Shown here: positions 50,706 through 60,905 of the stretch, piece after piece
Layout of the letters: each line of letters opens with the position of its first letter
Numbering within the stretch: the stretch's first letter is position 1
Source: Anaerolineae bacterium
Lineage (GTDB): Bacteria; Chloroflexota; Anaerolineae; UBA1429
NCBI GenBank assembly: GCA_963675785.1
Contig: OY776562.1
Span: 3,153,758 to 3,217,757 of the forward strand
Direction: 5' to 3'
DNA: 64,000 nt
Program-made: the position numbers and the translations under genes
Notes under the pieces: model-generated
What the model was told of the DNA's origin: nothing
Databases searched by the model: none
The model's input: only the letters and a program-made list of their open reading frames with translations

Positions 50706-51344
50706 ATGACACCTCTTCGGTGGGTGGCTGCGCTGTTGGTGGCCTATTTGCTCGGTTCAATTCCATTTGGCTATGTCATTGCCAAAGTAGCCCGCAAAAT
50801 TGATATTACCCATATTGGCAGTGGGCATACGGGCGGGAGCAATGTGCTACGTGCGGCGGGTCTATTGCCCGGTCTTCTAACCGTTATTTTTGATTATTCC
50901 AAGGGGTATCTAGCGGTATGGCTTGCCGGGCAAATTGTTCCCGAACAACCACTTCTTATGGCGATGGCTGGTATTGCTGTGGTTGCTGGCCATAATTGGC
51001 CCATATTCTTGCGTTTTGATGGCGGCGTTGGCACGATGACGACAGGTGGTGCTGGCACAATGCTTTCGGCGCCATTAGCAAGCATTTGCGCTGGAATCTC
51101 TGTCGTGGTGATATTGGTTTCTCGCTATAGTTCTGTGGCTTCACTCGCCTTTTCGGTACTACTTGCCCTGGGAGGCGCTCTGGGAGCAGTGATGGGGTGG
51201 TGGCACTGGTCGTTGATTGTGTTCGCCCTGGTAACGGGCGCTATGTCTGCCTACAGGCTCAAGGCTAACATTCAGCGATTGGCCAATGGCACCGAACGCA
51301 AATTGGGGCAATTTATTCCTGACGGCAAGGCGGATGTAGAATAG
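50706..51344 (+). CDS. plsY: glycerol-3-phosphate acyltransferase PlsY
   Basis: YLLGSIPFG, GSGHTGGSNVLR, GHNWPIF..F.GG.G, NIQRL..GTERK. Confidence 0.88.
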   Translation: MTPLRWVAALLVAYLLGSIPFGYVIAKVARKIDITHIGSGHTGGSNVLRAAGLLPGLLTVIFDYSKGYLAVWLAGQIVPEQPLLMAMAGIAVVAGHNWPIFLRFDGGVGTMTTGGAGTMLSAPLASICAGISVVVILVSRYSSVASLAFSVLLALGGALGAVMGWWHWSLIVFALVTGAMSAYRLKANIQRLANGTERKLGQFIPDGKADVE

Positions 51345-51353
51345 TCGTCAAGT

Positions 51354-51388
51354 AAAAATGGGGATGCCAGATGGCATCCCCATTTTTT
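51354..51388. terminator. bidirectional terminator
   Basis: AAAAATGGGGATGCCA-GA-TGGCATCCCCATTTTTT. Confidence 0.85.
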
Positions 51389-51399
51389 ACTTGAGAAAT

Positions 51400-52110
51400 T
51401 TAACCCTGGCCTAGATAGGCTGCCTGAACTTTGGGATCCGCGAGGAGCTCTTGGGCATTGCCCTCTAGTGCAATTGTACCGGTCTCAAGCACATAGCCTC
51501 GATTGGCGATGGAAAGTGCCATGGCAGCGTTCTGTTCAACCAGCAAGATGCTCGTCCCCTGAGCGTTGATCTTGGCGATGATGGAAAAGATCTCTTCGAC
51601 AAGGATGGGAGCCAGCCCCATGGAGGGCTCATCCAGTAAAAGCAGCTCGGGCGAAGCCATTAGGCCACGGCCCATGGCTAGCATTTGCTGCTCGCCACCA
51701 GAGAGTGTGCCACCATATTGGTCGAGTCGCTCTTTGAGACGGGGAAAGCTGGCGAAAACTCGTTCTTTATTCTCTTCAATCTCTTTGTGATCATTGCGGG
51801 TATAGGCGCCCATATCCAGGTTTTCAGCAACGGTCAGCTTGGGAAATATCTGGCGGCCTTCAGGCACTTGAGAGATACCCAACTTCACAACTTTTTCTGC
51901 TGGCAATCTGCCGATGTTTTGATCCTTGAAGGTAATACTGCCTTCAGTCGCCTTGAGCAGACCCGAGATGGTGCGTAGCGTAGTGCTTTTGCCAGCGCCA
52001 TTGGCTCCGATCAATGTGACGATTTCACCCTTTTCAATGGTGAAAGAGATTCCTCTAAGGGCACGGATAGCTCCATAAGAAACGTGAAGGTTCTCAACTT
52101 TCAGTAGCAT
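51400..52110 (-). CDS. livF: branched-chain amino acid ABC ATPase
   Basis: GANGAGKST, LSGGEQQM, DEPSMGLAP. Confidence 0.93.
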   Translation of the reverse strand: MLLKVENLHVSYGAIRALRGISFTIEKGEIVTLIGANGAGKSTTLRTISGLLKATEGSITFKDQNIGRLPAEKVVKLGISQVPEGRQIFPKLTVAENLDMGAYTRNDHKEIEENKERVFASFPRLKERLDQYGGTLSGGEQQMLAMGRGLMASPELLLLDEPSMGLAPILVEEIFSIIAKINAQGTSILLVEQNAAMALSIANRGYVLETGTIALEGNAQELLADPKVQAAYLGQG

Positions 52111-52113
52111 GGC

Positions 52114-52920
52114 CTAATTCCCCTTGATGCTCATCTTGCCCAGATACGCCTCAATGACATGTGCGCTGTTCTGGATGGTCTGGGGTGTGCCTCTCTCGAT
52201 TACTTGACCAAAGTCCATCACAGTGATCCATTCACAGATGCCCATCACCACGCGCATCTGGTGCTCAATCAGGAGGATGGTTAGCCCGAATTTTCCCCGG
52301 ATAAAGCGAATGAGCTCCATGAGGTCTTCACTCTCTGTCGGGTTCATACCGGCTGCAGGCTCGTCCAGCAAAAGGAGTCTAGGATTCAACGCCAGAGCAC
52401 GAGCGATTTCCAACCGACGTTGTTCGCCATAAGGCAAGTTTTTGGCTATCTCCTGTGTGCGGTCTTGCAACCGGAAAACACTCAGCAGTTCGATGGCTTG
52501 CTCGGTCAGTTCTTTTTCTCGGCCAGAGAAACGTCCGGTTCGCGTGGCTGCTTCCCATAGGGAATAACCAGCATGCATATTGTAGGCGATGCGCACGTTG
52601 TCGAGCACAGAGAGATTCTGAAAGAGACGAATGTTCTGAAATGTACGGGCAATACCACGGCCGGCGATGGCATGTGGTTCTACGCCACTGATTTCCTCAT
52701 CCTCAAAGAGAATATGTCCAGTTGTTGGCTCATACACGCCGGTAATCATGTTAAAAACGGTTGTTTTACCAGCGCCGTTGGGCCCGATGAGACCGTATAG
52801 CCCACCCTTAGGGATGGTCATATCGAGGCCAGATACTGCCGATAGCCCGCCGAAACGCTTGGTTAAGCCTTGGATCTCCAAACAACGATTGCTCACCGGT
52901 TGAGTAGCGTAACTTGTCAT
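52114..52920 (-). CDS. livG: branched-chain amino acid ABC ATPase
   Basis: GPNGAGKTT, RTFQNIRLF, LPYGEQRRLEIARAL. Confidence 0.93.
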   Translation of the reverse strand: MTSYATQPVSNRCLEIQGLTKRFGGLSAVSGLDMTIPKGGLYGLIGPNGAGKTTVFNMITGVYEPTTGHILFEDEEISGVEPHAIAGRGIARTFQNIRLFQNLSVLDNVRIAYNMHAGYSLWEAATRTGRFSGREKELTEQAIELLSVFRLQDRTQEIAKNLPYGEQRRLEIARALALNPRLLLLDEPAAGMNPTESEDLMELIRFIRGKFGLTILLIEHQMRVVMGICEWITVMDFGQVIERGTPQTIQNSAHVIEAYLGKMSIKGN

Positions 52921-52921
52921 C

Positions 52922-54238
52922 TTATTGCTCCCGTTCTATACGTGCGCTGCTCACCGGGGAGGCAACGTCTTTAAAATCTATTGCCGGCTGCTTGAGCCAG
53001 CCCCATTCTCTGGTGCCAAGCAGGCCCTCTTGCCGCAAAAGCATGATTGCCAAAAGGAGGATGGGATAGATGACAAACCGCCAGTCCTCAAAGCCCTGCG
53101 GCAAGATGACGCGCAAGCCTTCAATGAGAATGGTGAACAGTGCCGAGGCCATCAGTGTGCCCGTCATAGAGCCGAGACCACCGAAAACGATGATGATGAG
53201 CGGATCAAAGCCTTTGACAAAGTTAAAGCTGGCCGGTGTGAGATAGCCATAGAGATGGGCAAATAGGCCGCCTGCGACGCCTGCGAAAAAGGCACCGATA
53301 GAAAAGGCCATTGTTTTAGCACGAGGGACATCGATGCCCATAGACTTGGCGGCAATCTCGTCCTCACGAACGGCCAGCATAGCACGTCCCACGTTCGAAT
53401 GAACGAGGTTGCGGATGATAATCACGGTGATAACAAGAGCAGCAAAAGCCCAGGTCCATGTGGTCATCACCGGGATGCCGACCATGCCACGGGCCCCCTT
53501 CATTGTGGGGATAACCAGATCCGAGTTATTTAGGGCCGTGTAGATCATGATGGCTAGGCCGAGCGTAGCAATGCCAAAATAATCAGAGCTGAGTTTCAGT
53601 AGTGGAAGCCCCACGATATAGGCAAACGTAGCTGCAAGTGTGCCACCCGTAAGCAGACCTACTATAAAGAGAGCAGGTTTGGCCACGCTCGTTGGAATGT
53701 TGAGGAAAATTGCTTCCAGAATGAACTTGATCCCCATGTGCGAAAGCCAAGCAACCAGAACACCCACGGCTACGCAAACAGCCAAAACGACAATCTGTAC
53801 GATGATAGATAGGATTGTAGCTTCGGCGGGGCGGGCATATTCTTCCAGCTTGGATTTAACCTTGCCGTAGATCGTCCCAGCTTTGGTCTTGTTGGAGAAA
53901 AGCAGAATGGACAGCAAGCCCAATTCACCGGCGATCATCCAAGAAAGACCGCCAACCTGTCCACCACTCCACGATGCCGCATAGTCTTTGGTGATGAGGG
54001 CGGAAGCATAGGCGCCAATGGCGTAAAAGCCGATGTGTCCAAGCGAGAACTGACCGCTAAAGCCGTAGATGAGGTTCAAGCCCAGCGCTGTAATGGCTGT
54101 GATGGCAATGACGATAAAGATACTGCCCCAATATTGAGTTACCAGACCAAATTTTGTGGCAGCCAACACGCCTGCATAGACGGCTATGGCTACGAGCAGC
54201 GTGGGAAGCCAGGAACGAATTCCTTTTTGTGTGCTCAT
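52922..54238 (-). CDS. livM: branched-chain amino acid ABC permease
   Basis: GQFSLGH, DYFGIATLG, REDEIAA; carries an extra internal TM insertion. Confidence 0.9.
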   Translation of the reverse strand: MSTQKGIRSWLPTLLVAIAVYAGVLAATKFGLVTQYWGSIFIVIAITAITALGLNLIYGFSGQFSLGHIGFYAIGAYASALITKDYAASWSGGQVGGLSWMIAGELGLLSILLFSNKTKAGTIYGKVKSKLEEYARPAEATILSIIVQIVVLAVCVAVGVLVAWLSHMGIKFILEAIFLNIPTSVAKPALFIVGLLTGGTLAATFAYIVGLPLLKLSSDYFGIATLGLAIMIYTALNNSDLVIPTMKGARGMVGIPVMTTWTWAFAALVITVIIIRNLVHSNVGRAMLAVREDEIAAKSMGIDVPRAKTMAFSIGAFFAGVAGGLFAHLYGYLTPASFNFVKGFDPLIIIVFGGLGSMTGTLMASALFTILIEGLRVILPQGFEDWRFVIYPILLLAIMLLRQEGLLGTREWGWLKQPAIDFKDVASPVSSARIEREQ

Positions 54239-54254
54239 ATGAATTATTTCCTCC

Positions 54255-55256
54255 CTAGACCTTTTCAACCTGCGGCTCGCCCATGATGCCCGTGGGTTTG
54301 ATCAGGAATACGAGAATCAATACAAGGAACGCGAAAAGGTCACGCAGGCTGGAGCCATAGGGCACAAAGCTGACGATGAGCACGTCCAACTGGCCCATCA
54401 AAAGTGATCCGATAAAAGCGCCCGGAATATTGCCAATACCGCCAAGTACAGCCGCAATGAACGCCTTTAGGCCCGGCATGAGACCCATAAAAGTCCAGAT
54501 TTGCGGAAAAGCGATGGCATAAAGTACGCCGCCTGCGCCAGCCAGAGCTGCGCCGAGGGCAAATGTAAGAGAGATAACGCCATCAACATTGATGCCCATA
54601 AGGCGCGCGGCGTTGTTGTCTTGTTGTGTAGCACGCATAGCTCTGCCGATCTTGGTGCGCTTGACAATGTATTGCAAGCTAAACAGCAGAAATAGCGTGA
54701 CGGCAATGATGATCACCGTGATATTAGTGATCTGTAGACCGCCGATTTCCCAAACGATGACGTCGAATGGGCGTTCATAGGTGTAATAGTTTGGCCCGAA
54801 CACCCAGCTGAGTGAGCTAAAGTATTCGAGAAAGAATGAAACACCAATTGCTGTGATGAGAGATGCAATGCGTGGAGCATTTCGAAGTGGCTTGTACGCA
54901 ATACGTTCAATAACAATGTTGAGTACTGTACAAACAATCATTGAGAAAAGAATAGCAGGGATAAATCCCCATCCGTACTGGGTAATGGCAAAATAGCTTG
55001 TAAAGGCACCAACCATGAACACATCGCCGTGGGCAAAGTTGATGAGCCCCACAATGCCATAGACCATCGTGTAGCCCAGCGCGATGAGTGCATAGACAAA
55101 GCCTAATCGCAACCCGTCCAGTATGGACTGGAGCATGAAGATGGGCCCGTGTAGCTGGACAAGATAAATGATGCCGTAAACGATGGCTGCTGCGAGTGCG
55201 GCGTAGATTATCCACGCTAGAGATCGCAGGGCAAAGCCAAGGCTCGATTTCTTCAT
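54255..55256 (-). CDS. livH: branched-chain amino acid ABC permease
   Basis: ALGYTMVYG..INFAHG, KAFIAAVLGGIG. Confidence 0.93.
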   Translation of the reverse strand: MKKSSLGFALRSLAWIIYAALAAAIVYGIIYLVQLHGPIFMLQSILDGLRLGFVYALIALGYTMVYGIVGLINFAHGDVFMVGAFTSYFAITQYGWGFIPAILFSMIVCTVLNIVIERIAYKPLRNAPRIASLITAIGVSFFLEYFSSLSWVFGPNYYTYERPFDVIVWEIGGLQITNITVIIIAVTLFLLFSLQYIVKRTKIGRAMRATQQDNNAARLMGINVDGVISLTFALGAALAGAGGVLYAIAFPQIWTFMGLMPGLKAFIAAVLGGIGNIPGAFIGSLLMGQLDVLIVSFVPYGSSLRDLFAFLVLILVFLIKPTGIMGEPQVEKV

Positions 55257-55336
55257 GGAACACCCCTGGTCTTTATTAACTAGGATATCAAAAAGAACAG
55301 AGGGGAGGAATGTTCATTCCTCCCCTCTGACAGTCG

Positions 55337-56461
55337 TTATGGGGCTACAAACTTGTAGAAGGAGATAACGCCGTCCTGGATCTGGACAACAGCGGCCGAC
55401 TTGATGGGGTCACCGTTCGCATCAAACGTAATGTTACCGGAAACACCTTCAAACTCTTCAGCTGCGAGTGCATCTCGAATTGCTGTAGCGTCTGTTGAAT
55501 CAGCTTCTTTGATAGCCTGGATGAGCATGTTTGCAGCATCGTAACCGAGCGTAGCAAGAGCATCGGGCTGTGTGCCGTAAGCGGCTTCATAGTTGGCGAT
55601 AAAGTCCTGCACGATCGCGCGCTCATCTGCTGGTGAATAATGGTTGGAGAAGTAGCCTTCAGAAATCAGCTCGGTATTGAGTTCAGCCGAATCCCAGCCA
55701 TCGCAGCCAATGAGCGGCTTTTCGATGCCCTTTTCCACGAGCTGGGCAGCGATCAAGTTGACTTTGTCATAATAGTCCGGGATAAAGATAACATCAGGAT
55801 CGGCCGCTGCCACTTTGCCGAGGATAGCCGAGAAATCGGTATCGGTCGAGGTGTAGGCTTCGTAGACAAGCACTTCGCCGCCCAGATCGGTAAAGGACGA
55901 CTGAATGTACTCAGCAAGACCCTTCACATAGTCGTCACCCATATCATAGAGGATGGCGCATGTCTGAGCACCAAGGTCATCGATAGCCAGTTTGGCAACC
56001 ACTGTGCCCTGGAAGGGGTCAAGGAAGCAGGCACGGAAGATCATGTCTTTGTTGCTGCCGTCCTCATTGATGGTAACCGAGGGGTTAGTGGCGGTAGCGG
56101 TGAGCATCAAAACGTCGTTAGCTTGAGCGATTTCTGAGACGGGGATTGCGGCACCAGAGCACACGGGGCCGAGGATCATGGAAACGCCATCTTCAAAAAT
56201 GAGCTTGTTAGCGGCGTTAGCGCCTTCTTGAGCATCGCACTTGCTATCAGCGACGACGATCTCAATATCCAGGCCATCTGCGATTGCTGCTTCAAAAGCA
56301 AGCATAGCACCATTGCGTGTGGATTCGCCAAAGGTCTTGACTTCACCACTCAGAGGGACGAGGATTCCAATCTTGAGGGTCTCTTCTTCTTGCTGGCAAC
56401 CTGTAAGAACCAGGCTCAGCACCATGAGCACTGCGATGACGGCGAACATTGTTCGCTTCAT
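55337..56461 (-). CDS. livK: branched-chain amino acid ABC substrate-binding lipoprotein
   Basis: Lipobox LTGC, FRACFLDPFQG, heads the liv operon. Confidence 0.88.
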   Translation of the reverse strand: MKRTMFAVIAVLMVLSLVLTGCQQEEETLKIGILVPLSGEVKTFGESTRNGAMLAFEAAIADGLDIEIVVADSKCDAQEGANAANKLIFEDGVSMILGPVCSGAAIPVSEIAQANDVLMLTATATNPSVTINEDGSNKDMIFRACFLDPFQGTVVAKLAIDDLGAQTCAILYDMGDDYVKGLAEYIQSSFTDLGGEVLVYEAYTSTDTDFSAILGKVAAADPDVIFIPDYYDKVNLIAAQLVEKGIEKPLIGCDGWDSAELNTELISEGYFSNHYSPADERAIVQDFIANYEAAYGTQPDALATLGYDAANMLIQAIKEADSTDATAIRDALAAEEFEGVSGNITFDANGDPIKSAAVVQIQDGVISFYKFVAP

Positions 56462-56843
56462 AGTTACTGCCTCCCTAATAGCGTGACTTAAAAATCTGAA
56501 CTAAAAAAAGAGATGCTCAGAACTAGCAGCCATTGCTTTAGGGGAAGCCAACCCCAGGTTCCCTGCTTGGGTTCCTGGCGCCATTGCCATTTACTCTATA
56601 AGCGGCTTGATGCTCCTTGTGGGCGTCGATGGATCGCGACGATTCAAGTGCATAGAGATGATAAAGTATAGCATATCATTTACGGCAATCAAAGTAGCCA
56701 GTTGGATGATATGTTTTGTGCTATTTGGATGATTCGTGAAATAAAGTTCAAAGTTTGCATTCCCGGTATTTTCTTGTATGATAAAGAGAGTTTGCGCAAA
56801 AATGCACGGAACGATATTGCATCGTAACACGACCCAAGGAGTG

Positions 56844-57248
56844 ATGTTGGTGAAAAAACTCGTTGTTGTTGATACAGAGCTCTGTGTTGGGTGTCAGGTA
56901 TGCATGTTTGCCTGCGCGCGCCGTTTTGGCGAGGCTGGCGTGGCGCGCAGTTCCATTATGGTGCGTTCTATTGGAGGTATGGAAAAAGGATTCAAGGTCA
57001 TCGTTTGCAATGCCTGCATCGATCCTCCTTGCGCATCTGTGTGTCCAGTTGATGCACTGACTCCCAAAGAGGGCGGAGGCGTGCGGCTGAATGCGGCACT
57101 TTGCATTGGCTGCGGCCGTTGTGCTGAAGCATGTATGATTGGCGCTGTGCAGTGGGATGCAGAGATTAACAAGCCGATGATTTGTGTGCAGTGCGGTTAC
57201 TGTGTCGGTTATTGTCCGCATGGTGTTTTGGCACTGGAGGAACGATAA
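56844..57248 (+). CDS. 4Fe-4S ferredoxin-like subunit of AOR
   Basis: CVGCQVCMFAC, CNACIDPPCASVCP, CIGCGRCAEAC, CVQCGYCVGYCP. Confidence 0.9.
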   Translation: MLVKKLVVVDTELCVGCQVCMFACARRFGEAGVARSSIMVRSIGGMEKGFKVIVCNACIDPPCASVCPVDALTPKEGGGVRLNAALCIGCGRCAEACMIGAVQWDAEINKPMICVQCGYCVGYCPHGVLALEER

Positions 57249-59011
57249 TGCTAGTTAAAGATCCGCTCAAGCGCGTACTTTATATTGATCTCAGTAAAAA
57301 AAGTTTTCGCGTCGTGGAACGCCCGGATCTATTCGATCTGCTTATTGGTGGCACAGGCGTAGCAACGCGTCTTCTTGACGAAGAGTGTCCGCGCGGCACC
57401 GATCCACTTTCTGCGGATAACCCCATTATTCTCGCTGTTGGCCCACTTACAGGCATGTTTCCCCTTGCTTCCAAGACGGTTGCCATGTTCAAATCACCGC
57501 ATACAGGCAACCTGGGAGAGAGCCATGCTGGTGGACGTAGCGCGGTTGCCATCCGCCTGGCCGGTTACGGGGCTGTTGTCATCAAAGGGGCGAGTGAATC
57601 GCCGGTCTATCTCTCTATCTATGAAGACCAGGTACGTTTTCGAGATGCACGGACGATCTGGGGGCTTTCTAGTGTAACTTCGGGGAGGATCATTCGTGAG
57701 AATGAGCCCGGCGCTGGCCTTCGTACCATCATGCGAATTGGGCGGGCTGGTGAAGAATTGTTGCCCTATTCCAATGTGATGATTGAAACGTATCGTCACT
57801 TTGGGCGCTTGGGCTTGGGCGCCGTCTTTGGCAGCAAAAAACTCAAGGCTGTGGTCATTGGCGGGCGCAAGAGCCTGCCTGTGGTGGATCGTCGCGAATA
57901 TAGAACATTGTACGATGAAATTTACCAGGCGGCGGTTTCCTCATCACTAATGAAAAAATACCACGATTTGGGCACACCTTCCAATGTCTTATCCCTCAAT
58001 GCCCAGGGAGGATTTCCTACACGCAATTTGCAGGCCACGAGTTTCGAGGGGGCGCAGAATCTGTCTGGTGAGTCGTTGGCCGAAGGTTATCTGGGGCGCC
58101 GTTTGGCCTGTGCTCATTGCCCGGTGGGTTGTATCCATATTGCGGCGGTCCGCGAACCTTATGAGAACGAACCTTATTTCTACAAAACCACCATGGTGCC
58201 TTATGACTATGAACCGATTTATTCCATGGGTGCTATGCTGGGAGTTTCGGATACGCAGGGCTTTCTCAAGCTGTTGGATAAGGTCGATGACTGTGGGCTT
58301 GATTCTATGAGCACCGGCGTCGTGCTGGCCTGGGCGACAGAAGCTCTTGAAAAAGGATTGGTTACGACCAACGAGACCATGGGCGTGGAGCTCAAATGGG
58401 GCGATGCGCGGACATACAGCAAGGCCATCGACTTGATCCTTGATCGCCCGAACCCGTTCTACAATGCTCTTGCCCGTGGAGCCGGGTATGCCGCTTCAGT
58501 CTACGGTGGAGAGGAATTCGCCCTGACCTACGGGAATAATGAAATGCCGGGCTATCACACTGGGCCGGCTGCCCATTTGGGATATCTGTTTGGCGCCCGC
58601 CACAGCCATTTGGATAATGGTGGCTATGGTATGGATCAGAAATTTGATCCGGCCGCTATGCCAAGCCCTGAAGAACTCACAGACAAATTGATTCAAGAGG
58701 AAGCCTGGCGGCAGATTCTATCCAGCCTGATTGTCTGTTTCTTTGCTAGAGGCATCTATACCCCCGCGGTGGTCGAGCGTTGCCTCAGGGTTGCCGGATA
58801 TGATCTTTCTGAAGCAGATATAATGCAGGTTGGGCGCCGCATTTGGGCAGAAAAATACGCTTACAAGATAGCCGAAGGGTTCGACCTTTCCCAAGAAAAG
58901 CTCCCACGCCGCATTTTTGAGACGGCGTCGGCGTTAGGTCAACTTGATGAGGGATATATGAACAAGGCAATTACCTATGCTAGCCATCTCATCAAGCAAG
59001 CTGTGATCTAA
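57248..59011 (+). CDS. aor: aldehyde:ferredoxin oxidoreductase (W/Mo-pterin)
   Basis: GPLTG, KSPHTG..ESHAGG, GRLGLGAVFGSKKLKA, CAHCPVGC, DYE, GLDSMSTG. Confidence 0.88.
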   Translation: MLVKDPLKRVLYIDLSKKSFRVVERPDLFDLLIGGTGVATRLLDEECPRGTDPLSADNPIILAVGPLTGMFPLASKTVAMFKSPHTGNLGESHAGGRSAVAIRLAGYGAVVIKGASESPVYLSIYEDQVRFRDARTIWGLSSVTSGRIIRENEPGAGLRTIMRIGRAGEELLPYSNVMIETYRHFGRLGLGAVFGSKKLKAVVIGGRKSLPVVDRREYRTLYDEIYQAAVSSSLMKKYHDLGTPSNVLSLNAQGGFPTRNLQATSFEGAQNLSGESLAEGYLGRRLACAHCPVGCIHIAAVREPYENEPYFYKTTMVPYDYEPIYSMGAMLGVSDTQGFLKLLDKVDDCGLDSMSTGVVLAWATEALEKGLVTTNETMGVELKWGDARTYSKAIDLILDRPNPFYNALARGAGYAASVYGGEEFALTYGNNEMPGYHTGPAAHLGYLFGARHSHLDNGGYGMDQKFDPAAMPSPEELTDKLIQEEAWRQILSSLIVCFFARGIYTPAVVERCLRVAGYDLSEADIMQVGRRIWAEKYAYKIAEGFDLSQEKLPRRIFETASALGQLDEGYMNKAITYASHLIKQAVI

Positions 59012-59059
59012 ATTCATCCTTGACAGACAAACGCGGCTATGCTAGACTCACAACCAGTT

Positions 59060-59384
59060 AAAGACTGCGATCAGGAAGAGTAGTCGTTCGAGTGCGGTTC
59101 AGAGAGCCGGGGTAAGGTGTGAGCCCGGTACCGACAAAAACGATGAATGGGCCTAGGAGTTGCACGATCGAACGTATTGCAAGTAGATCGTGACGGAGCC
59201 GCCACCGTTATCAAGGCTGAGGATATCGGAACCATTCGTTCCCGTATCTGCAAAAGAGTGAGACTGGCATCAAGGTCACTAGACCTCGTCTGACGACGAG
59301 GTCTTTTGTTTTCTCCAGTCTAAACAGGGTGGTACCGCGGGTGCAGCAGCATTCGTCCCTTTAGGGATGAATGCTGCTTTTTTT
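59060..59384 (+). ncRNA. T-box riboswitch with Trp (UGG) specifier
   Basis: Stem I with AGAGA and GTGNGA-like apical motifs, GAA-TGG specifier (59148-59150), T-box AAACAGGGTGGTACCGCG, terminator GCAGCATTCGTCCCT-TT-AGGGATGAATGCTGC-T7; promoter TTGACA-17-TAGACT at 59020-59048. Confidence 0.9.
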
Positions 59385-59501
59385 ATACCTGCGGCTTGCT
59401 GCCGTGCAGAAAGGGCCAGAACAAGGGGAGGTGCCACCCCCAGCGAACAGGTGCAGCAATATCGGTTGTTCATCAATCCAGATTTGAAAGGGGTTCAAAC
59501 A

Positions 59502-60860
59502 ATGGAAACACGTTTTCAGCTCTCTCAGAATGACCTGCCCAGCCGTTGGTATAATGTGCAGGCTGACCTGCCCAATCCTCTCTCGCCGCCGCTGCACCCT
59601 TTAACGCTTCAACCGGCTGGCCCTGCCGATTTCGCGCCTATCTTTCCCATGCCGCTCATCGAGCAAGAAATGACGCTTGAGCGTTACATCGACATCCCCG
59701 AAGAGGTTCAAGAGATACTGCGTATTTGGAGGCCCACCCCCCTGGTGCGTGCCAGGCGTTTAGAGCAAGCACTAGGCACGCCAGCGCGAATCTATTACAA
59801 GAACGAGAGCGTCAGCCCTACGGGTAGCCATAAACCGAATACGGCTGTGGCGCAGGCTTACTATAACAAGATCTCGGGCATCAAAACGTTGACGACCGAG
59901 ACCGGTGCCGGGCAGTGGGGATCCGCTCTGGCCATGGCCACGAGCTTTTTCGACATCGAATGCAAGGTCTACATGGTTCGCGTCAGCTATGACCTCAAGC
60001 CAGGTCGGCGCACCCTAATGAAGATGTTCGGTGCCGAGGTTACACCTAGTCCCAGCATGGATACCAAGGCTGGGCGAGCCATTTTGGCCGCGGATCCTGA
60101 TTGCCCTGGCACGTTGGGCATGGCTATCTCTGAGGCCGTCGAGTTGGCAATTGAGGACGACAATATCAAGTATTCATTAGGTAGCGTGCTGAACCATGTG
60201 CTCTTGCACCAGACGGTTATCGGTGAAGAAGCGCTGATGCAGATGGAAATGGCCGGAGACGACCCGGACGTTGTCATTGGCTGTGTAGGTGGTGGCTCTA
60301 ACTTTGGTGGTATCGCACTGCCCTATCTACGACGGAACCTGAAAGATGGCTACCATACGCGCCTGGTGGGTGTAGAACCCTTGGCCTGCCCTACCATGAC
60401 ACGCGGCATCTATGCCTACGATTACGGCGATACAGCCAAGATGGCGCCTGTTATCAAGATGGACACTCTGGGCCATGATTTTGTACCGCCCAGTATTCAT
60501 GCTGGCGGATTGCGTTATCATGGTGTATCACCTATTTTGGCCAGACTTCATCGAGATGGCCTGATCGATCCGATTGCCTATCCTCAAATCCCTGTGTTTG
60601 AGGCTGCTAGGATATTTACTCAGGCCGAAGGTCTCATCCCTGCGCCAGAATCAGCTCATGCCATTCGTGGAGCTATTGATGAGGCTCTGGATGCCAAGGA
60701 AAAGGGAGAAGAGAGAGTAATTCTATTCTCCCTCTCTGGGCATGGCTATCTGGATACATCTTCTTACGATGCTTACCTTCGTGGTGATCTGGAGAACTAT
60801 GCTTACCCCGAAGCCAAGATTGCTGATTCACTGCTACGTCTTCCTCAAACAGAGGCGTAA
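59502..60860 (+). CDS. trpB2: tryptophan synthase beta-2 (TrpB2)
   Basis: [42 protein letters not shown]; no trpA nearby. Confidence 0.93.
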   Translation: METRFQLSQNDLPSRWYNVQADLPNPLSPPLHPLTLQPAGPADFAPIFPMPLIEQEMTLERYIDIPEEVQEILRIWRPTPLVRARRLEQALGTPARIYYKNESVSPTGSHKPNTAVAQAYYNKISGIKTLTTETGAGQWGSALAMATSFFDIECKVYMVRVSYDLKPGRRTLMKMFGAEVTPSPSMDTKAGRAILAADPDCPGTLGMAISEAVELAIEDDNIKYSLGSVLNHVLLHQTVIGEEALMQMEMAGDDPDVVIGCVGGGSNFGGIALPYLRRNLKDGYHTRLVGVEPLACPTMTRGIYAYDYGDTAKMAPVIKMDTLGHDFVPPSIHAGGLRYHGVSPILARLHRDGLIDPIAYPQIPVFEAARIFTQAEGLIPAPESAHAIRGAIDEALDAKEKGEERVILFSLSGHGYLDTSSYDAYLRGDLENYAYPEAKIADSLLRLPQTEA

Positions 60861-60905
60861 AAAACAAAGGCTGGTGTGCGATTTCGCACACCAGCCTTTA
60901 CCCAT

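Noticed and set aside
56591-56830. 79-aa minus-strand ORF as a liv leader peptide
   Set aside because: Spans the AT-rich divergent promoter region, has no SD and no convincing control-codon run.
59367-59501. N-terminal extension of TrpB2
   Set aside because: Begins inside the T-box terminator; an SD precedes ATG 59502.
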